A DNA stretch of 64,000 bases from Spirochaetia bacterium (lineage in GTDB: Bacteria; Spirochaetota; Spirochaetia; SZUA-6; Bin103). Each line of letters opens with the position of its first letter. The stretch's first letter is position 1. The position numbers and the translations under genes are program-made. Shown in pieces: positions 58,178 through 64,000 of this stretch. The stretch is from positions 3,008,001 to 3,072,000 of the forward strand of contig OZ241907.1 in the NCBI GenBank assembly GCA_965203515.1, written 5' to 3'. The notes under the pieces were generated by a model that made no database searches, had not been told where the DNA came from, and was given only the letters and a program-made list of their open reading frames with translations.

Positions 58178-58251
58178 CGCGTCCAAGAGGACTCGAACCT
58201 CTGACCCGCAGCTTAGAAGGCTGCTGCTCTATCCCGCTGAGCTATGGACGC
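58178..58251 (-). tRNA. tRNA-Arg(TCT)
   Basis: GCGTCCATAGCTCAGCGGGATAGAGC...CCTTCTAAG...GGTTCGAGTCCTCTTGGACGCG. Confidence 0.95.
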
Positions 58252-58339
58252 CCACGTCCGGGTGAGAGTCTGCCGAATCGGCGCGGTGAGCGGCAAGTGC
58301 GCCCCGTTCGCCGCGGCCGCGCCGCCGCGCGCCGTTCGG

Positions 58340-58368
58340 TTGACGGCGGCGGTCCCCTTCGCTACGCT
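58340..58368 (+). promoter_or_regulatory. sigma70 promoter of tRNA-Pro
   Basis: TTGACG-17 nt-TACGCT followed by a GC-rich discriminator. Confidence 0.7.
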
Positions 58369-58400
58369 GCGCGCCTGCGCTGGCCGGGCCGCCGACCCCG

Positions 58401-58473
58401 CGGGATGTAGCCTAGTGGCCAAGGCGCCTGCTTTGGGGGCAGGAGATCGGAGGTTCGAGTCCTCTCATCCCGA
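58401..58473 (+). tRNA. tRNA-Pro(TGG)
   Basis: CGGGATGTAGCCTAGTGGCCAAGGC...CTTTGGGGG...GGTTCGAGTCCTCTCATCCCGA. Confidence 0.93.
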
Positions 58474-58488
58474 ACGGATGTACCGCTG

Positions 58489-59895
58489 ATGAAGACACTC
58501 GCCGACACGATGACCGCGCTCGCCGACCGGGTGGCCGCCAATAACCGATGGCGCCAGCGCGAGTGCATCAATCTGATCCCGTCGGAGACCACGCCCAGTC
58601 TGCTGGTGAAGGCGTGCGAGGTGGCCGACGCCGCCGGGCGCTATGCCGAGCACCGCCGCCTGAAGGGGGCGGAGGTCTACTTCTACCAGGGCACCGACTT
58701 CATCCGGGAGATCGAGGAAGAGGTGCATGCGGAGGCGCGGCGCTTCTTCGGCTGCGACCGGGTAGAGGCGCGGCCGGTCAGCGGCCAGCTCGCCAACATC
58801 GTCGTCTTCGAAGCGTTGCTGCGCCTGAAGAATCGCGGCAACGACGGTCCCCTGCGGCGACTGTCGTCGGTGATCAACAACGGCCTGATCGAAGGCGGCC
58901 ACCTGAGCGCCCAGTCGATGGGGGCGCTGTTCAACGCGATCGACCGCGACGCCGCCGGCGCCGAGCGCGCCTATCCGATCCCGGTGCGGGCCGACAATCC
59001 CTATCTGGCGGACACGGAGCGGCTGCTGGCGCTGATCGGCGAACGGCGCCCGGACCTGATCGTGTTCGGCAAGAGCATGTTCCTGCACCCGGAGCCGGTT
59101 CGCGCGGTGGCCGACCTGACCGCCGGATGGGACGAGGCGCCGCTGCTGATGTTCGACATGGCGCACGTGCTCGGCCTCTACGGCGCCTTCCAGGCGCCGC
59201 TCGCCGAGGGCGCGGCGGTCGTCACCGGCAGCACGCACAAGACCTTCTTCGGCCCGCAGCGCGGCGTGGTGCTCGGCTCTCCGGCGGCTCGCCCGCTGTG
59301 GCCGCACGTGCGGCACCGCGCCTGTCCCGGTACCACCAGCAACCATCACCTCGGTACGCTGATCGGCTTTCTGGCGGCGCTGTATGAGATGAATGCCTGC
59401 AGGGACGACTATCAGCGCCAGGTGATCGGCAACGCGCGCGCGTTCGCGCAGGCGCTGGCCGCCGCCGGCATCGCCGTGGAAGGGGGCGAGTCGGAGGGCT
59501 ACACCCACACCCATCAGGTGATCGTCCGCGTCGCGCCGGCGCTGGCCGGCCAGCAGGCGGCGGAACGCCTGGAGCGCAACAACATCATCGCCAACTATCA
59601 GGCGCTGCCGGGCGACGAAGGCTTCGCCGTCTCCGGCGGCGTGCGGCTGGGCGTCCAGGAGATGACCCGGTACGGCATGCAGCAGGCCGACTTCGAAACC
59701 CTCGCCGAGCTGATCGCGCGGGTCGTGCTGCGCGATGAGGAGGTGCGCGACGAGGTGGTCGCCCTGCGCGGCCGATTCCTGGACATGCGCTACTGCCTGC
59801 CGGCCGACCAGGCGATCCCGCTGGCCATGCGCATGCTGGAGCCGATGTTCCCGGTCGCTGCGGACGCGGTCGGCTCGCTGGTCGGGGCGGCGTGA
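58489..59895 (+). CDS. glyA: Serine hydroxymethyltransferase-like protein (divergent)
   Basis: [38 protein letters not shown] (PLP Lys), [14 protein letters not shown]. Confidence 0.8.
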   Translation: MKTLADTMTALADRVAANNRWRQRECINLIPSETTPSLLVKACEVADAAGRYAEHRRLKGAEVYFYQGTDFIREIEEEVHAEARRFFGCDRVEARPVSGQLANIVVFEALLRLKNRGNDGPLRRLSSVINNGLIEGGHLSAQSMGALFNAIDRDAAGAERAYPIPVRADNPYLADTERLLALIGERRPDLIVFGKSMFLHPEPVRAVADLTAGWDEAPLLMFDMAHVLGLYGAFQAPLAEGAAVVTGSTHKTFFGPQRGVVLGSPAARPLWPHVRHRACPGTTSNHHLGTLIGFLAALYEMNACRDDYQRQVIGNARAFAQALAAAGIAVEGGESEGYTHTHQVIVRVAPALAGQQAAERLERNNIIANYQALPGDEGFAVSGGVRLGVQEMTRYGMQQADFETLAELIARVVLRDEEVRDEVVALRGRFLDMRYCLPADQAIPLAMRMLEPMFPVAADAVGSLVGAA

Positions 59896-60458
59896 TGGCG
59901 GCCGTGCCGACCCGCGCGGAGGCGTGGGAGCTGGTGCAGCGCTACATCGAATCGCCGGCGCTGCGCAATCATTGCCAGGCGGTGGAGGCGGTGATGCGCG
60001 CCGAGGCGCAGGCGGCCGGCGAGGACCCGGACGCGTGGGGGGTGATCGGCCTGGTCCACGACCTGGACTGGGAGCGGTTCCCGGAAGAGCACTGCCGCAA
60101 GACCGAGGCGATCCTGACCGAAGCGGGGTGGCCGGCCGACTACGTGCGCGCGGTGCTGTCGCACGGCTGGCAGATCTGCACCGACGTGGAGCCGCGCAGC
60201 CGGCTGGAAAGGACCCTCTACGCGGTCGACGAGCTGGTCGGCTTCGTCACCGCCTGCGCGCTGGTGCGCCCGTCGAAGAGCGTGCGCGACCTGGAGGTCA
60301 AGTCGGTGCGCAAGAAGTGGAAGCAGAAGGGGTTCGCCGCCGGGGTCGACCGGGCCGTGATCGAGCGCGGCTGCGCCATGCTCGGCCGCGACCTCGACGA
60401 CCTGATCGGCGCCGTCATCGCCGGCATGCGGCCGGTGGCCGCGCAGATCGATCTGTAG
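59895..60458 (+). CDS. HD-domain hydrolase
   Basis: [42 protein letters not shown]. Confidence 0.85.
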   Translation: MAAVPTRAEAWELVQRYIESPALRNHCQAVEAVMRAEAQAAGEDPDAWGVIGLVHDLDWERFPEEHCRKTEAILTEAGWPADYVRAVLSHGWQICTDVEPRSRLERTLYAVDELVGFVTACALVRPSKSVRDLEVKSVRKKWKQKGFAAGVDRAVIERGCAMLGRDLDDLIGAVIAGMRPVAAQIDL

Positions 60459-60469
60459 GAGCGCCAAAA

Positions 60470-60886
60470 GTGGACAAGACCGTGGACAAGGTGGCCAAGA
60501 CCGACGCCGAGTGGCGGCGCGAGCTCTCCGACCAGGAGTATCGGGTGACGCGCCGCAAGGGGACCGAGGCGCCGTTCACGGGCCGGTACTGGCGCAGCAA
60601 GGAGCCGGGCACCTACCGCTGCCGCTGCTGCGGACAGGCGCTGTTCGACTCCGCCGACAAGTTCGACTCCGGCACCGGCTGGCCCAGCTTCACCGCCCCG
60701 CGCGATGGCCGCGCGGTGCGGACGGAGGAGGACCGCTCGCTGTTCATGCGCCGCACCGAGGTGCTGTGCGCCCGCTGCGACGCCCATCTGGGCCACGTCT
60801 TCGACGACGGCCCGGCGCCGACCGGTGCGCGCTACTGCATCAACTCCGCGTCGCTGCGCCTCGACCCGGCGGCGCGCGTACCCTGA
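60470..60886 (+). CDS. msrB: Peptide-methionine (R)-S-oxide reductase
   Basis: GTG 60470 after [40 protein letters not shown]. Confidence 0.95.
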   Translation: MDKTVDKVAKTDAEWRRELSDQEYRVTRRKGTEAPFTGRYWRSKEPGTYRCRCCGQALFDSADKFDSGTGWPSFTAPRDGRAVRTEEDRSLFMRRTEVLCARCDAHLGHVFDDGPAPTGARYCINSASLRLDPAARVP

Positions 60887-60947
60887 CCCGAACCTTTCCG
60901 GTTGATCGCGGTCCCCGATTTCGGTATCTTCCGGCCGCTCTACGACC

Positions 60948-61325
60948 ATGGCTGATTCGGAGGACGCGACCGTCAAGACCCCGGTCGATCGGATGCGCGA
61001 CAAGCTGCTGAGCCTCAAACGCGGGATCCTGCAGCACTTGGCCGAAGAGGACTCCCTGGCGCGCGGCGCCCTGGGCAGCCTGGACCCCAAGGACTTGGCC
61101 GACGTCGCCACCGAGGACATGGACCGCAAGACGCTGGAGACGCTCGGCGCTCAGGAGGTGCGGCGCCTCAATCTGATCCAGTCGGCGCTGGCGCGGATTC
61201 AGACCGGTCATTACGGAGCCTGCATGCGGTGCGGCGACCGGCTCCCCGACGAACGGCTGGAGGCGCTGCCGTACGCGCTGTTCTGCGTTCCGTGCCAGTC
61301 GGCGGAGGAACGCCGCAACCGTTGA
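60948..61325 (+). CDS. TraR/DksA C4 zinc-finger protein
   Basis: D.AD motif, ALARI..G.YG.CMRCG...ERLEALPYALFCVPC. Confidence 0.88.
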   Translation: MADSEDATVKTPVDRMRDKLLSLKRGILQHLAEEDSLARGALGSLDPKDLADVATEDMDRKTLETLGAQEVRRLNLIQSALARIQTGHYGACMRCGDRLPDERLEALPYALFCVPCQSAEERRNR

Positions 61326-61354
61326 AGCGGGGGGCCTTCAGCGCGGCCGGGGCA

Positions 61355-61984
61355 TCAGCACGGCCGTTTGTACGCGCAGGCGACCCGCATGCCGGCGCCC
61401 ACGCCGGCCAGCCGCACCGCGAACGTCGATCGGTCCGCGCCGCGCGGCGCCGCCGCGTCGTCGAGCTGCAGCGCCGGATGGCAGGCGAAAAGCACCCGCG
61501 CCTGCACGTGGTAATCCAGGAAGTCGGTCGCGAACAGTATCCGCCCGCCCGCCGCCAGCGCGTTCACCATGCGGTCCAGGACGCCGCCGCGCAGCAGGCG
61601 CCGGCGACGGTGGCGCGCCTTGGGCCACGGGTCCGGGAAATAGAGGTGGAACGCGTGGACGCTCCCCGGCGGCAGACGGTCGATCACCTCCTCGGCGCGG
61701 CCGTTGATCACGAACGCGTTGCTGAGCCCCCGGCGCTGCAGCTTCCGCTGCGCCTTCTCGCACCGGCGCTGCTTGAGGTCGATGCCGACGCAGACGCGGT
61801 CCGGCCGGGCCGCCGCGTAGTCGGCAAGGAAGATGCCGTTGCCGCAACCGATCTCGACCTCCAGCCGCGCACCGGCGGCGGCGGCCAGCGCCGCCTGCAG
61901 CGCCGGCGCATGGAGGTGACGCTCACCACCGCCCGGATGCCGGCCCACACCAACGGCCAGCCCGCCTGCATGGTCGCCGGCCAC
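61355..61984 (-). CDS. trmB: tRNA (guanine-N7)-methyltransferase
   Basis: VEIGCGNG, FPDPWPKARHRRRR, FATD; start uncertain. Confidence 0.85.
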   Translation of the reverse strand: MAGDHAGGLAVGVGRHPGGGERHLHAPALQAALAAAAGARLEVEIGCGNGIFLADYAAARPDRVCVGIDLKQRRCEKAQRKLQRRGLSNAFVINGRAEEVIDRLPPGSVHAFHLYFPDPWPKARHRRRRLLRGGVLDRMVNALAAGGRILFATDFLDYHVQARVLFACHPALQLDDAAAPRGADRSTFAVRLAGVGAGMRVACAYKRPC

Positions 61985-62019
61985 GGCGGGTCAGGCGGGC
62001 GGCCGGCCGGTGAGCGCCG

Positions 62020-62649
62020 TCAGGACTTCTTGCTGCGCGCGTAGTCGACGTTCACGCGCCGCCCGTTCAGGGTCTCGCCGCTGATCTTGTCGATCGCCGC
62101 CTGGGCGAACTCCGACGGCACTTCGATGAAGGAGAAGTTGTCGAGGACCCTCACCTCGCCAAGGTGGTCGTGCGGCAGGTCCAGCTTGGCGACGAACAGG
62201 TCGGCCAGCATCTGACGCGACACCCGCCGGCTGCGCCCGACGCTCACGAACAGGCGCGCCATCTCATCACCGCCACCGTCGGCCTCCGGCGGGGCCGCGT
62301 CCTCCCGCGCAACGGGCGAGCCGGCCGCGCTGGTTGACTCCGCATCGGCGGCGCGCTCGCTGCGCTCGGCGGGTCGCTCGACGGGCGCGGGTCGCTCGGC
62401 GGGCCGCGGCGGCTTCCGATCGGTCGCAACGGGGCGGTCGCGTCCGGCAGCCGCGCGCGGCACACCGGCGCCGACCGCCTCCTGCAGCAGGTAGGCCGGC
62501 AGGTACCGGCGCACCGACAGCGGCAAGGCGGTCCGTATCTGCCGGCGGATCACCTTGAGGCGTTCCAAATCGGCGTCTTCGCGGATGTGGCGCTCGAATT
62601 GGTCGAGCAGGTCCTTGAATCGAGGATCGACCGGGTCGTCGCTTGCCAA
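62020..62649 (-). CDS. DbpA RNA-binding-domain protein (no helicase core)
   Basis: C-terminal RLFVSVGR...GEVRVLDNFSFIEV...AIDKI.G..LNGRRVNVDYAR; TTG start with GGAG. Confidence 0.8.
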   Translation of the reverse strand: MASDDPVDPRFKDLLDQFERHIREDADLERLKVIRRQIRTALPLSVRRYLPAYLLQEAVGAGVPRAAAGRDRPVATDRKPPRPAERPAPVERPAERSERAADAESTSAAGSPVAREDAAPPEADGGGDEMARLFVSVGRSRRVSRQMLADLFVAKLDLPHDHLGEVRVLDNFSFIEVPSEFAQAAIDKISGETLNGRRVNVDYARSKKS

Positions 62650-62821
62650 GGGTGATCTCCGGTAGCGTTATGGTGGCATCGGCACGGTGCGCGGCGCGGG
62701 CGGCAGCGTATGCGCATATACCGCACCTCCGGTGACCGGCCTGCCAAGCACGGTAGGGATCGCTCTCCGGTTTGTCAAACTCCGGCTCGGCGATGAGCGC
62801 GCCCTGCGCCGCGCGCCCGGG

Positions 62822-63613
<792 letters not shown>

Positions 63614-63642
63614 GCTCGCTCCCTGGCGTCGGTCCCGGCGTC

Positions 63643-64000
63643 CTAGCGCCGGGTGGTGTCGAGGCGTTTCTCGAGGTTGATCGAGTAGCGCGACATAGAA
63701 AGGCAGATCACGAAGAAGAAGATCGCGGCGATCAGAAACGTCTCATAGTCGACCTTGCCGTTCCAATCCGGATGGCTCTGCAGCAGCCGCGCGTGGCCCA
63801 GGATGTCGAACAGACCGATGGTGACCACCAGCGTCGTATCCTTGAACAGGCCGATGAAGGTATTGACGATTCCGGGTATCGCGATCTTGAGCGCTTGCGG
63901 CAGTACGATCAGGCGCATCATCTTCCAGTAGCTCAGGCCGACCGCCTGCGCCGCCTCGTACTGGCCGCCGGGAATCGCCTGCAGGCCGCCGCGGATCACC
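63643..64000 (-). CDS. Amino-acid ABC transporter permease (AapM-like), 5' part outside the window
   Basis: [30 protein letters not shown]. Confidence 0.88.
   Translation of the reverse strand, partial: VIRGGLQAIPGGQYEAAQAVGLSYWKMMRLIVLPQALKIAIPGIVNTFIGLFKDTTLVVTIGLFDILGHARLLQSHPDWNGKVDYETFLIAAIFFFVICLSMSRYSINLEKRLDTTRR

Overview
High-GC bacterial chromosome segment with no integrase, transposase, CRISPR array or rRNA. A Spirochaetota-like origin is inferred (not verified) from the tig-clpP-clpX-DUF151/UVR-carD cluster, the standalone DbpA-domain gene and tRNA-Arg(UCG). Housekeeping blocks: amidohydrolase-nadB-nadC-nadA plus a heterodimeric ABC exporter (1-7.9 kb); an Rrf2-sufBCDSU-nfu Fe-S operon (35.4-41.6 kb); transport, isoprenoid, Clp/trigger factor, 7 tRNAs, ilvE, apgM-like mutase, glyA-like, msrB, DksA-like, trmB and an amino-acid ABC transporter (41.7-64 kb). 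Between them lies a ~27 kb accessory/defence region (8.0-35.4 kb) with five parts. (i) An AAA_14/DUF4143-type ATPase coupled to a ~1350-aa STAND/NACHT-like NTPase with a C-terminal PD-(D/E)xK nuclease, behind a palindromic operator. (ii) A DUF499-DUF3780-DUF1156-PLD/SNF2 'restriction-like' operon with a second N6-adenine methylase plus nuclease pair nested inside it; its PLD-helicase is broken by a 1-bp frameshift. (iii) Two toxin-less RHH antitoxin-like genes. (iv) A lipoprotein with 14 GSGY repeats that may form an out-and-back fibre. (v) Three tandem AAA-ATPase/PD-(D/E)xK paralogs with swapped variable segments. Family names come from motif recognition only; no database searches were run.
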